DNA of 32,000 nt. Origin: an uncultured Clostridia bacterium. Lineage in GTDB: Bacteria; Bacillota; Clostridia; Christensenellales; JAWKQI01. Position 1 is the stretch's first letter; every line of letters begins with the position of its first letter. This document shows, piece after piece, positions 1 to 8,519 of this stretch. The stretch covers positions 20,294 through 52,293 of the forward strand of contig CAYVRJ010000011.1 in NCBI GenBank assembly GCA_964453645.1, given 5' to 3'. The notes under the pieces are model-generated. The model was not told the DNA's origin and searched no databases. It saw only the letters and a program-made list of their open reading frames with translations. Both the position numbers and the translations under genes were made by a program.

Positions 1-548
1 ATACCTGTTAGGCAATAGCAGCACAGCCCTTGCACTGCCGCCCAGTACACAATGGCAAGGGAAAAAGAATTTCCATCTTTAACGCTGCCCTCACGCTGCC
101 CTTGTTCAATAATCTGAGACAGATAGAGTATGGGTTTATTTGCATTGGTGCTGAGGGTTTTTACGATTTCCTGCTGGGGATTACTCATTCCAACCTGAAT
201 CATAAATAAGAACAACTGGGTGCCCTGGTGTTCGGGTTCTTGCAGCATACCCATCATCATTTGAGATATTTGCTCTACCTTTTCAATTGCCGATGATTCT
301 GCATTAAAAATACTTCCAATCGCTAGGGACGAACCATTTAGAGCCTTTTCCACCAGTGCTGCAATCAGTGCATCTTTTGAAACAAAGTGCTGATACAACA
401 AACCTTGGCTTATCCCCGCGTGTTTAGCGATTTGCGTTATGGTTACAGACAGCCCGTATCTTGAAAACAAGAAGATCGAGCTTCGTTCTATTTTTTCCTT
501 TGTTGTTTCCCGCATTTGAGAAAATTGCTGGTTTGTTCGTGGGGACAT
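1..548 (-). CDS. TetR/AcrR family transcriptional regulator, truncated by left window edge
   Basis: Not in the ORF track because it runs off the window. Minus-strand reading from ATG at 548 gives MSPRTNQQFSQMRETTKEKIERSSIFLFSRYGLSVTITQIAKHAGISQGLLYQHFVSKDALIAALVEKA..., a canonical TetR HTH. Confidence 0.9.
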   Translation of the reverse strand, partial: MSPRTNQQFSQMRETTKEKIERSSIFLFSRYGLSVTITQIAKHAGISQGLLYQHFVSKDALIAALVEKALNGSSLAIGSIFNAESSAIEKVEQISQMMMGMLQEPEHQGTQLFLFMIQVGMSNPQQEIVKTLSTNANKPILYLSQIIEQGQREGSVKDGNSFSLAIVYWAAVQGLCCYCLTG

Positions 549-560
549 GTTGCCTTCTCC

Positions 561-608
561 TTGAATGAACGTTTATTCAATTATAATTTAAGATTTATTT
601 AATGTCAA
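561..608 (-). promoter_or_regulatory. Promoter and probable TetR operator
   Basis: Minus strand TTGACA (603-608) - 17 nt - TATAAT (580-585), both perfect consensus. Near-perfect palindrome TTGAATGAACGTTTATTCAA (561-580) lies between the -10 and the tetR start. Confidence 0.85.
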
Positions 609-754
609 GCACTTCACAGAATTTACATATTTATAAAAAATATAACAGGAAATAATTTGAGGACATCGTTACAGTTATGTGACAGTGTCTTATGAGCTGG
701 TTACTTTTCTCCCGAGTTTAAAAAGCAATGGCAAGAGTGCAATTAAAATAAAAC

Positions 755-919
755 CTATGCCAAGGTTGTCACTACGATAACGGCAAAAGCAAACTCCTTT
801 TTAGAAACTGTTCTCTTAAACCTTCCTGCAGTAGCAAACCGACCTGGCAACCATATAGCTTCTTCAACGTTATGAATGGATATTGCGATTACAAACAACA
901 GAAGAATGCCTGTGTCCAA
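755..919 (-). pseudogene. N-terminal remnant of an HXXEE-domain membrane protein
   Basis: TTG start preceded by GAGAGG. Encodes LDTGILLLFVIAISIHNVEEAIWLPGRFATAGRFKRTVSKKEFAFAVIVVTTLA*, with HNVEEAxWLP as expected for the HXXEE family, but only 54 aa long. Confidence 0.5.
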
Positions 920-937
920 TATAACCAACCTCTCTTC

Positions 938-1102
938 TTAAAAAGCCCACTGCTTTGATGTCACCAGCCTTTCGATAACTGCACATACCCTATCAGGGTC
1001 AAAGGCACGATCAAGGACATTTGGCACTAAGAGTAGTTTAAGCCTCTTTTCACGACGTACATCCTGCCTTAAAAATTGCGTATCATTCATTTTGTCCGTC
1101 AT
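938..1102 (-). CDS. 54-aa small ORF of unknown function, start codon overlapping the marR stop
   Basis: GTATGAC overlap. Encodes MTDKMNDTQFLRQDVRREKRLKLLLVPNVLDRAFDPDRVCAVIERLVTSKQWAF. No family recognised; may be a gene fragment. Confidence 0.35.
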   Translation of the reverse strand: MTDKMNDTQFLRQDVRREKRLKLLLVPNVLDRAFDPDRVCAVIERLVTSKQWAF

Positions 1103-1557
1103 ACGGTTTTGTCCATATTATTTTCCTTAAGTCTTCCCAATAAGTTATGCAGGGAAACTAAATCATCATCATTGTTAAAAAAGAATCGTTTGTCCACGGA
1201 TTCAACCGCCGATATTGCTTTTTTCAACAATAATGAGCCTGCTTTTGTGTTGATGATTTGATTTGCTCTCGTATCTTTAATCTGTGGAATCCTTTGGACG
1301 AATCCTTTTTTCTCCAGCAAGCGCAGGGTTGAAGATATCGTCATCGCATCAATCATAGAAAAGTCAGAAATTTTTTTCTGTGTGATTTTATCATCCGTTT
1401 CCTGCAATTCTTCAATGACAGCCAAAATAACATATTGGGTATGCGTTAAATCATATTGGCGAAGTGCTTCTTTCACAGCTCTTTGCCAAAGGGTGGACAC
1501 TTGCCAAAAGAGCAAGCCGATGCTCTCCTCGTGGGCGTTATACGCTGAATATTGCAT
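1099..1557 (-). CDS. MarR family transcriptional regulator
   Basis: 152 aa. LTHTQYVILAVIEEL...TQKKISDFSMIDAMTISSTLRLLEKKGFVQRIPQIKDTRANQI is a MarR winged helix. Confidence 0.9.
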   Translation of the reverse strand: MQYSAYNAHEESIGLLFWQVSTLWQRAVKEALRQYDLTHTQYVILAVIEELQETDDKITQKKISDFSMIDAMTISSTLRLLEKKGFVQRIPQIKDTRANQIINTKAGSLLLKKAISAVESVDKRFFFNNDDDLVSLHNLLGRLKENNMDKTV

Positions 1558-1558
1558 A

Positions 1559-1957
1559 CTACTTTTGCGCCATAGAAAGCAAAACTTCCATACTTTTAGG
1601 AATATGTGCGGTTATACCTTTACCCATACCCTCCATTTGCTTTTCTTCACCGCCTTCGATCGTCACAGTGTGAACAATTGCATTATCGTTAATAAAATGC
1701 TCAAAAGTAACCCTAACTGGCCCAAGGTTTGATACTGTTCCAAATGAAGAAGCGGATTCAACATTTTCCAACACAAACGGCAATGACTGGCCATTCTTCA
1801 TGTGAATAATACCCGAGCTTCCATTTGCAAATTCTCCGTTTATGTCAACACCTTCAACTTCGCTGTCCCATTCCTTCCAGAGTGAAACATCTGAATAGTA
1901 GTTCCACACCCTTTGTTTGTCAAAATCTCCTGTTACTGTATGTTTGTAATGAAACAT
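1559..1957 (-). CDS. SRPBCC family protein (polyketide cyclase/dehydrase-like)
   Basis: 132 aa. VTGDFDKQRVWNYYSDVSLWKEWDSEVEGVDINGEFANGSSGIIHMKNG...MEGMGKGITAHIPKSMEVLLSMAQ. Confidence 0.8.
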   Translation of the reverse strand: MFHYKHTVTGDFDKQRVWNYYSDVSLWKEWDSEVEGVDINGEFANGSSGIIHMKNGQSLPFVLENVESASSFGTVSNLGPVRVTFEHFINDNAIVHTVTIEGGEEKQMEGMGKGITAHIPKSMEVLLSMAQK

Positions 1958-1994
1958 TGTTATTCCTCCATATACTATGTTTGCTTATAATAAG

Positions 1995-2030
1995 TATACT
2001 TAGTATATTCCTTGGGTGATCTTTTGTCAA
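1995..2030 (-). promoter_or_regulatory. Promoter of the SRPBCC-marR operon with operator over the -10
   Basis: TTGACA (2025-2030) - 17 nt - TATACT (2002-2007) on the minus strand. Perfect 13-nt inverted repeat TATACT-T-AGTATA (1995-2007) overlaps the -10. Confidence 0.75.
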
Positions 2031-2207
2031 CTGGGATATGTTGGATTAATTTGTTAAAAAATTCATCTGAGAGTAATCCCGTTGTGTCTTTTTATGGAAT
2101 GAGTTACCAGTAGACGAGCAGTGGATTCATCAACGCTGATGTTTTTTAAGCGGTATTATGCAGCACATATTATCTTAGCAAAATAAAACCGTTTTCTTTT
2201 GATGCGT

Positions 2208-2633
2208 TTATAATAATGACTTAAAAACCTTCTCAAACTGAATATCTTGTTCAGTCGTGCGTTTGGAGCTGCCCTTTAAGCGCCCACCGCTCATCCGGAT
2301 TTTCTTGGCCATATGCCGCTGCATCAGCAGGCCGTCGATGTTGTCGTTGTCATAGACTAACCCATTTTGGCTAATGGGCACTGCCCCCCGGGCAAGGCAC
2401 ATGGCGGCCAGACCATAATCCTGAGTAACTACAATATCGCCCTTTTGCACCATGTTTACGAGGGCAAAGTCAACGCTATCCGCACCTTTAGAAAAGGTGC
2501 ACGTCTGTACACCCTCTATTTCAAACACATGAGAGGTATCACAAAGGATGACACACGGTATGCCCTTTTGTTTTGCGATTCCAACGGCAATGTCCACCAC
2601 AGGGCAGCCATCGGCATCAATCAAAATCTGCAT
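2208..2633 (-). CDS. YaiI/YqxD family protein (DUF188, UPF0178)
   Basis: 141 aa. MQILIDADGCPVVDIAVGIAKQ...DTSHVF...DIVVTQDYGLAAMCLARGA...QNGLVYDNDNIDGLL. Confidence 0.93.
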   Translation of the reverse strand: MQILIDADGCPVVDIAVGIAKQKGIPCVILCDTSHVFEIEGVQTCTFSKGADSVDFALVNMVQKGDIVVTQDYGLAAMCLARGAVPISQNGLVYDNDNIDGLLMQRHMAKKIRMSGGRLKGSSKRTTEQDIQFEKVFKSLL

Positions 2634-2634
2634 A

Positions 2635-2826
2635 CTAGAATATCTCCTTCACCCTGCCAACCTGTCCATCTTCCAGCATCACTTTAATGCCATGGGGGTG
2701 GTTGGGGCTTTTTGTGAGAATCTTTGCAACAGTTCCCCTGGTTAATTTACCCGTGGATTGATCGTTTTTTAACACGATATTCACTTCACTGCCAATTTTA
2801 ATGTCACTTCTGTTTTGTCCGTTCAT
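2635..2826 (-). CDS. YwbE family protein (DUF2196)
   Basis: 63 aa. NRSDIKIGSEVNIVLKNDQSTGKLTRGTVAKILTKSPNHPHGIKVMLEDGQVGRVKEI. Confidence 0.9.
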   Translation of the reverse strand: MNGQNRSDIKIGSEVNIVLKNDQSTGKLTRGTVAKILTKSPNHPHGIKVMLEDGQVGRVKEIF

Positions 2827-3125
2827 TCATTCTCCAGCTCTTGTTCGTTCTTTTTTCCAATTACAATCTGCATATTGTCCTTTAAAACACTCTCAACGCC
2901 ACTAAAGCCGTTCCGAGCTAACATGGCATTTAACTCTTTTGGCCGATATATCTTCACATCACCTGATTTTAGCAACGGCCATACCAAATTAAAAAGGGCG
3001 CAAAGGGGTTGCTTCATGTTTAACTCTGCAATGTATAAGGCACCGCCACGTTTTAAAACTCTTTTCACTTCTTTTAAAAATAATTCGGGCGACTCAAAGT
3101 GATGAAAGGCTGCACAATATCCAAT
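2823..3125 (-). pseudogene. C-terminal half of a class I SAM-dependent methyltransferase; SAM-binding N-terminus missing
   Basis: Frame reads YCAAFHHFESPELFLKEVKRVLKRGGALYIAELNMKQPLCALFNLVWPLLKSGDVKIYRPKELNAMLARNGFSGVESVLKDNMQIVIGKK. The 5' part of the tracked ORF (3126-3392) is only the alternate frame of the small ORF upstream. Confidence 0.75.
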
Positions 3126-3136
3126 GTAGACGTTAT

Positions 3137-3292
3137 TTATATACTCTTTCGTTTGCGCCGCAAATAAACGACAGTTGCAACGATTGCAGCAACGACGAAA
3201 ACACCCAAACCGATATAGACAATCGGGTCGATGTGCACTGTTACAAATACGGCAGTGGGCCCGTCCGCACCACCTATGATGACTGTATCCAC
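3137..3292 (-). CDS. 51-aa membrane miniprotein with Na+-translocating decarboxylase beta-subunit signature (GGADGPTA)
   Basis: AGGAGG followed 8 nt later by GTG at 3292. Encodes MDTVIIGGADGPTAVFVTVHIDPIVYIGLGVFVVAAIVATVVYLRRKRKSI. The tracked ATG (3370) is 26 codons upstream without comparable RBS context. Confidence 0.75.
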   Translation of the reverse strand: MDTVIIGGADGPTAVFVTVHIDPIVYIGLGVFVVAAIVATVVYLRRKRKSI

Positions 3293-3534
3293 TTTTGTAT
3301 TCCTCCTGATAAAAATATACCACACCCAGCCATATAGAACAATACAATCGTAGAAAACATTCATGGTCAATTTTATCCATCTTTATCCTCACCTGACGCC
3401 ACTTCCATGGAAATATGGGTCATTCCCGTTTCAATGGATGCGTAAGGGATAATCGATATCACCTGAGCAGGATTTGTCAATGAAAAAATGGAAAAATACT
3501 TTTCTTTTGTCGTATTTTGTGATACCATACATAT

Positions 3535-4185
3535 ATGAGTAAAACAAAAGCAGAACTTACCCCCATTCCCAGCGAGGGAATCAAACTCGTGGGGTTTTTG
3601 TTGACGAATCACTTTCGAAAGCTGATGTATGTGAATTTAATATACATTGGCTTTTGTCTGCCCATTATCACCATCCCCCCGGCGAGCGCTGCGCTCACCA
3701 GAGTGATGGTGAAACTGGTGCGGGACGGAAATGTTTTTATGTGGGACGAATTCATTCAAGAATTTAAGACAGATTTTTTTAAAAGCATTTGGATGGTGCT
3801 GCTCGTCTGCTCCCTCTTGGGTTTTTCCATGACCATCACCTTTTTGCTCACAGGCTCCTTCATAACGTCCACCGGCACCGAAGGGTTTGCATGGATCAAC
3901 ATCATAGCCCTTGTTTTCATATATCTGGTTTTATGTTATGCCATGGCCGCACTGTCCATTGTGCAGCTTCGCACATCGGAAATTATTCGAAGTGCGTTTA
4001 TCCTAACCGTTATCGAGCCAAAGTGCACCCTAAAGCTGCTCCTCCTGCCCGGGCTGCTAAGAGTGCTGCTTCTGCTCCTGTTTCCCATTAGTTTGGTGCT
4101 CATGCCCTTTGGTTTGTTTTCCATTATCAGCTTATGGGAAAATACACTGGTCTACCCAAAGATTCAAAAACACATGATCAAGTGA
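3535..4185 (+). CDS. YesL family protein (DUF624), integral membrane
   Basis: 216 aa. GFLLTNHFRKLMYVNLIYIGFCLPIITIPPASAALTRVMVKLVRDGNVFMWDEFIQEFKTDFFKSIWM. Confidence 0.85.
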   Translation: MSKTKAELTPIPSEGIKLVGFLLTNHFRKLMYVNLIYIGFCLPIITIPPASAALTRVMVKLVRDGNVFMWDEFIQEFKTDFFKSIWMVLLVCSLLGFSMTITFLLTGSFITSTGTEGFAWINIIALVFIYLVLCYAMAALSIVQLRTSEIIRSAFILTVIEPKCTLKLLLLPGLLRVLLLLLFPISLVLMPFGLFSIISLWENTLVYPKIQKHMIK

Positions 4186-5338
4186 ACGCACGTTCCACAT
4201 CTTCTAATAAATCGTCTGTGCCTTCAAGGCCGCAGTAGAGCCGAATTAAGTTTCGTGCCGAGTTTCTGTCGGCACAAACTTCATCGCTGTGCTTATACAT
4301 GGGCATGCAGCACAAGGATTCAAATCCCCCCCACGAAACACCTTTTTGGAATAACTTTAATTTGTTTGCAAACTGCAAGGTATCTTCCAAGGACATATCC
4401 AACTCAAAGCTAAACAAACCGCTGGCACCGCTCAACTGCTCTTTTGCAAGCTCTGCTTGGCTATAACTTTTAAGCGTTGGATAATTGACCCTTTTGACTT
4501 CCCTGCGCTTTTCCAGCATTTGCGCCACAGCCAGTGCGTTTTCCGAGGATTGTTTGAGGCGTGCGGGTAACGTGCGCATGGAGCGCAAAACTTGCCATGC
4601 CTCAAAAGCGCCGATAATACCCCCGTACAACTCCCTGCCCTCGTCCCGTATTTTGCGGACGATTTCGTCTCTGGCCATCAGCACCCCGGCGATCACATCG
4701 CTGTGCCCCCCATAGTATTTGGAAATGGTGTGGACGGACATATCGATACCCAAGGCCAAGGGTTTTTGATACACCCCTGCCGCCCAGGTGTTGTCGATGG
4801 CGGTGACGATATTCTTACTCTTTGCAAATGCAGCGATTTGCCTTAAATCTTGCAGCTCCATCACCGCAGAAGTGGGGCTTTCCAGATAGATCATCCTCGT
4901 GTTCTCTTTGGTCACCTCTTCAAATTCCGAAACATAAAGCCCCGAAACAAAGGTGCAGGTAATGCCGAATTGGGCTAGATTTTTCTCGATAAACGTCCGG
5001 GCAGGGCCGTATACGTTTTTAAGGGTGATCAGATGATCCCCCGGCTTTAAAGCGTACAGTAAAGCACTGGTTATCGCAGCCATACCCGATGCAAAACATA
5101 CGGAGTCGTCCGCTCCTTCCACCGCAGCAAGTTTCTTTTCAAGCAAGCGGATCGTTGGATTATCCACCCGACCGTAGATGTATTTCTCCCGATCGTTGTA
5201 ACAGTTGTACGACAAAAGGTCTTCAATCCTGTCGAACACGTGGAGCGTGGCAGTGGTCAAGGGGGGTGTAACCGCGTTATACACCTTTTCCTCTTCATAC
5301 AAATGTGTGCAAATATACTCTAAACTCATTTCTTTCAT
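4178..5338 (-). CDS. Cys/Met metabolism PLP-dependent enzyme (trans-sulfuration family lyase/synthase)
   Basis: 386 aa. YGRVDNPTIRLLEKKLAAVEGADDSVCFASGMAAI...TRMIYLESPTS...AIDNTWAAG...DMSVHTISKYYGGHSDVIAG. Confidence 0.92.
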   Translation of the reverse strand: MKEMSLEYICTHLYEEEKVYNAVTPPLTTATLHVFDRIEDLLSYNCYNDREKYIYGRVDNPTIRLLEKKLAAVEGADDSVCFASGMAAITSALLYALKPGDHLITLKNVYGPARTFIEKNLAQFGITCTFVSGLYVSEFEEVTKENTRMIYLESPTSAVMELQDLRQIAAFAKSKNIVTAIDNTWAAGVYQKPLALGIDMSVHTISKYYGGHSDVIAGVLMARDEIVRKIRDEGRELYGGIIGAFEAWQVLRSMRTLPARLKQSSENALAVAQMLEKRREVKRVNYPTLKSYSQAELAKEQLSGASGLFSFELDMSLEDTLQFANKLKLFQKGVSWGGFESLCCMPMYKHSDEVCADRNSARNLIRLYCGLEGTDDLLEDVERAFT

Positions 5339-5344
5339 ATCGTT

Positions 5345-6202
5345 TTATTCCTTTACAGCGCCTGCCACCATGCCACCGGCAATATATTTTTGAATATAGG
5401 CAAATGCCAACATAGTTGGTATGATGGATACTACAATTCCGGCACTCAATGCCCCCCAATTAATATCGTATTTCATGATAAAAGAATTAATAGCAATGGG
5501 TATGGTTTTTAATCCTTCCGAATCGATAAACATAATCGCTAAGAAAATCTCGTTCCAGCTCTGCACAAAGGCAAATAAAAAGGTGGAGGCAATACCTGTT
5601 GCCATGACGGGCAGAATGATGCGCACAATGGAGTGCAGTCTGGAACAGCCGTCGATCATAGCCGCTTCCTCCAGTGCGTTGGGTATTCGCTGGAAGAACC
5701 CCCGCAGGGTGATGGTGCAGTAGGGGATGAGCATGGTCATGTATAAGATGATGAGCACAGCTAATTTGTTGATCAGCCCCAGCATACCCATGAGCTCGTA
5801 CAGGGCGGGTAGCAGCACAAACATGGGGATCATTTGGGTGAACAAAAAGACCAGCATCAGCCCACTTCGCCCCTTAAACTTAAACCTGGCCAGGGTGTAT
5901 CCCCCGATGATAGCCAGCACCATAGCCAGTGCCGAACCCAGCAGGGAGACCACCAAACTATTGAGGAAGTATTGGCCGAAGTTGCCTATTTTAAAAATCT
6001 CCAAATAGTTTTCAAAGGTCCAAGGGCTGGGTAAATACTGCACGGGGAAGGTATAGATACTCTGCTTATCTTTAAACGAAGTGAGTAAGATCCACAGTAT
6101 GGGGAATACCACCACCAAAAAATAGCAGATCAGTGCCAGCACTCTTAGGGGTTTTCCTAGGGTGAATTTCTTTTTCATGTTAAAAGTCCCCCGATTCTTC
6201 AA
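5345..6202 (-). CDS. Carbohydrate ABC transporter permease (MalG-like)
   Basis: 285 aa. Binding-protein-dependent permease motif EAAMIDGCSRLHSIVRIILPVMATGIASTFLFAFVQSWNEI. Confidence 0.93.
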   Translation of the reverse strand: MKNRGTFNMKKKFTLGKPLRVLALICYFLVVVFPILWILLTSFKDKQSIYTFPVQYLPSPWTFENYLEIFKIGNFGQYFLNSLVVSLLGSALAMVLAIIGGYTLARFKFKGRSGLMLVFLFTQMIPMFVLLPALYELMGMLGLINKLAVLIILYMTMLIPYCTITLRGFFQRIPNALEEAAMIDGCSRLHSIVRIILPVMATGIASTFLFAFVQSWNEIFLAIMFIDSEGLKTIPIAINSFIMKYDINWGALSAGIVVSIIPTMLAFAYIQKYIAGGMVAGAVKE

Positions 6203-7082
6203 ACTTTGTGGCTTTTAAGTAGAAAATTGCATAAGCCAGCAAGATGACCATAATGATTAAACTCAAGGCCGATGCCACCCCGTAATCTTGGTTGAAGATT
6301 AGATAATCCAACATTTTTGTGGTTAAGATGTGGGAGGAACTGGCGGGTCCCCCGTTGGTCATGGTGTATATTAAGTCCGGGAAGTTCAATATCCATATCA
6401 CCCGCAGCAGGGTTGTGAGGATCAGCACCGGCTGAATGTAGGGCAGCGTCACCTGCCTAAACTTTTGAAGTGCAGAACAGCCGTCCATATCTGCCGCCTC
6501 GTACAGCTCGTCGGGCACAGACTTGAGTGCTGCTTGGATCATAATTGCAAAAAACGGTATGCCGTACCAGATGTTGGCTATAATGGTGGACGTCATGGAG
6601 AGGTTGATGTCCGACAGCCATCTCAGCGGCTCGGCGATCAGCCCGAGTCTTAACAATATGTCGTTAATTGCCCCCGATTGTCCGTTCATCAGCCAGCGCC
6701 AAATCAAGCCGATGAGGAACCCCGAGATAGCCCAGGGCACATAGACGATGCCTTGGTATAATCCACTTCCTTTAAACTTCTTTTTGAGCAGCAGGGCCAG
6801 GGCAAAACCCAAGGTAAATTGAAAAAACAGGGATACAAACACCCACAGTGCAGTGTTACCCAGTATGGTTGGAAACATTTCGTCGGAAATGACGGTTTTA
6901 AAATTGTCTAACCCCACAAACTGTCTGTCAAAAATATCCCACAGGGTGTATTTCTGAAAGGCCATGACAACACCCCTAGACAGGGGATAGTATATAAACG
7001 CCCCAATGGCCAGCAGCCCGGGCAGCAGTGTGAGCAGAATAAATTTCTTTTTCGATGTCAAGGAGAATTTTTTTGTATTCAT
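6180..7082 (-). CDS. Carbohydrate ABC transporter permease (MalF-like)
   Basis: 300 aa. ELYEAADMDGCSALQKFRQVTLPYIQPVLILTTLLRVIWILNFPDLIYTMTNGGPASSSHILTT. Confidence 0.93.
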   Translation of the reverse strand: MNTKKFSLTSKKKFILLTLLPGLLAIGAFIYYPLSRGVVMAFQKYTLWDIFDRQFVGLDNFKTVISDEMFPTILGNTALWVFVSLFFQFTLGFALALLLKKKFKGSGLYQGIVYVPWAISGFLIGLIWRWLMNGQSGAINDILLRLGLIAEPLRWLSDINLSMTSTIIANIWYGIPFFAIMIQAALKSVPDELYEAADMDGCSALQKFRQVTLPYIQPVLILTTLLRVIWILNFPDLIYTMTNGGPASSSHILTTKMLDYLIFNQDYGVASALSLIIMVILLAYAIFYLKATKFEESGDF

Positions 7083-7136
7083 AATGCCTCCTCATGCAAG
7101 CAAACATGCTGTTGTTTCGTATAACAGGGAGTGTTG

Positions 7137-7167
7137 AAAAGGGGCATGCTGTTACTATGCCCCTTTT
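7137..7167 (-). terminator. Intra-operonic hairpin / attenuator between SBP and first permease
   Basis: Perfect 11-bp stem AAAAGGGGCAT ... ATGCCCCTTTT with 9-nt loop, ending in T4 on the minus strand. Confidence 0.75.
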
Positions 7168-7180
7168 CGATATCCTCGTG

Positions 7181-8482
7181 TTAGCCCGCTGTCACTCCCT
7201 TGGCCTTTTGATCCAGCCAGTATTCGTCCCAGCCCTTTAACACTTGTTCTTCCGTCATCGATCCGGTGAGCAGTTTTTGGAGATCGTCGTTAGCGCGCTT
7301 CATGTATTCGCCCCATCCCGCATACTGCTGGGGAGCTACTGCACAGATCCACTTTGTGGGATTGGCGTTCATCTCCATATAGGGAGCGTATGCACCTTCA
7401 CCAAAGAACGGGTCTTTGGATGCGGAGCTATAAATGGGCAACAATCCACTGTCCTTGCAGAAGCTTAAATTGTTTTCTTCGTTGGACAAGAACTCAATGA
7501 GTCTCCAAGATTCTTCGGGATATTTTGTATAAGAGGTCATACCCCATCCTGCATAACCCATGGGGCCGTAGGACTTGCCTGTGGGGCCTACGGGCAGGGG
7601 TGCGGTGGCCCAAGTGCCTTCCTTCATCTTCTCTTGGCAGGTTGCGATAACTTCCGGGTCTTGGATGAGCATCTGGGTTACGCCCGATACAAATCCTTCC
7701 ACCATTTCAGTGTACGACCAGTTTAAGGAATCGGGGGGAGAAGAGTCTTTGTACAGTGCCACATAATCCTTAAGGGCGGTGAGCGCTTCGGGTTTGGAGA
7801 AGATTGTGGTGCCATCCGTTAAGAAATACGCTTCGTTGGCATTGATCTCGCCGGTGGTGTACGCTTGAATCTGCATATCGGCATACCATTGGCCGCCGGC
7901 ACCACCTCTAAAGGAATACCCGTATTTACCCGATGCAGGGTCTACCAACTGTGCGCCCAAATCGTGCATCTCTTGGAATGTTGTGGGGGGTTTTAGCCCT
8001 TTTGCGTTAAAAGCATCTACGTTGTAGAAGAGAATGCGTTGATAAAAACCATAGGGAATTAAGTACGCCTTGCCGCCAATGCGGGTTAAGTCATCCTTTG
8101 CTACCTGAAGCAGTTTGTCTTTGGCTGCCCAATTGTTTACCCATTTGTCCATATCTTGGATAAATTTGTTGTTGATAAACTGGGTTGCTGTCTGTTCCCG
8201 CACTTCCAGTACGTCTAAGTCTTGCTTTTGCATGAGCATTTGAGCAATTTTGTCGTCTGCATTGGCCAGGGGAGGAGAAATCAGTTCGACTTTAATTCCG
8301 GGATTTTCTTCCTCAAACTTATCCAACAGTTTGCGAATGACCTCAGTTCTTGCGGGGCTGGTGAGACTTTCAATCATTTTGAGTTGAACTTCCCCTCCGC
8401 CCGCAGCACAACCACTGGCAAATCCCGCTGCAAGCCCTAATGCCAATACCAACACCAGAACCATTGCTACAAGTTTTTTCAT
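7181..8482 (-). CDS. Extracellular sugar-binding lipoprotein of ABC transporter
   Basis: 433 aa. Lipobox-like ASGCAAGG, then VQLKMIESLTSPARTEVIRKLLDKFEEENPGIKVELI, typical family 1 SBP. Confidence 0.93.
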   Translation of the reverse strand: MKKLVAMVLVLVLALGLAAGFASGCAAGGGEVQLKMIESLTSPARTEVIRKLLDKFEEENPGIKVELISPPLANADDKIAQMLMQKQDLDVLEVREQTATQFINNKFIQDMDKWVNNWAAKDKLLQVAKDDLTRIGGKAYLIPYGFYQRILFYNVDAFNAKGLKPPTTFQEMHDLGAQLVDPASGKYGYSFRGGAGGQWYADMQIQAYTTGEINANEAYFLTDGTTIFSKPEALTALKDYVALYKDSSPPDSLNWSYTEMVEGFVSGVTQMLIQDPEVIATCQEKMKEGTWATAPLPVGPTGKSYGPMGYAGWGMTSYTKYPEESWRLIEFLSNEENNLSFCKDSGLLPIYSSASKDPFFGEGAYAPYMEMNANPTKWICAVAPQQYAGWGEYMKRANDDLQKLLTGSMTEEQVLKGWDEYWLDQKAKGVTAG

Positions 8483-8519
8483 TGTGACCTCCTTTTACTT
8501 GTTTGGGAAAACCTTCCCA

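Noticed and set aside
2823-3392. 189-aa minus-strand ORF as one protein
   Set aside because: Only the part after about residue 90 resembles a methyltransferase. The first part is a shifted reading of the GGADGPTA miniprotein with Cys/Arg-rich nonsense composition.
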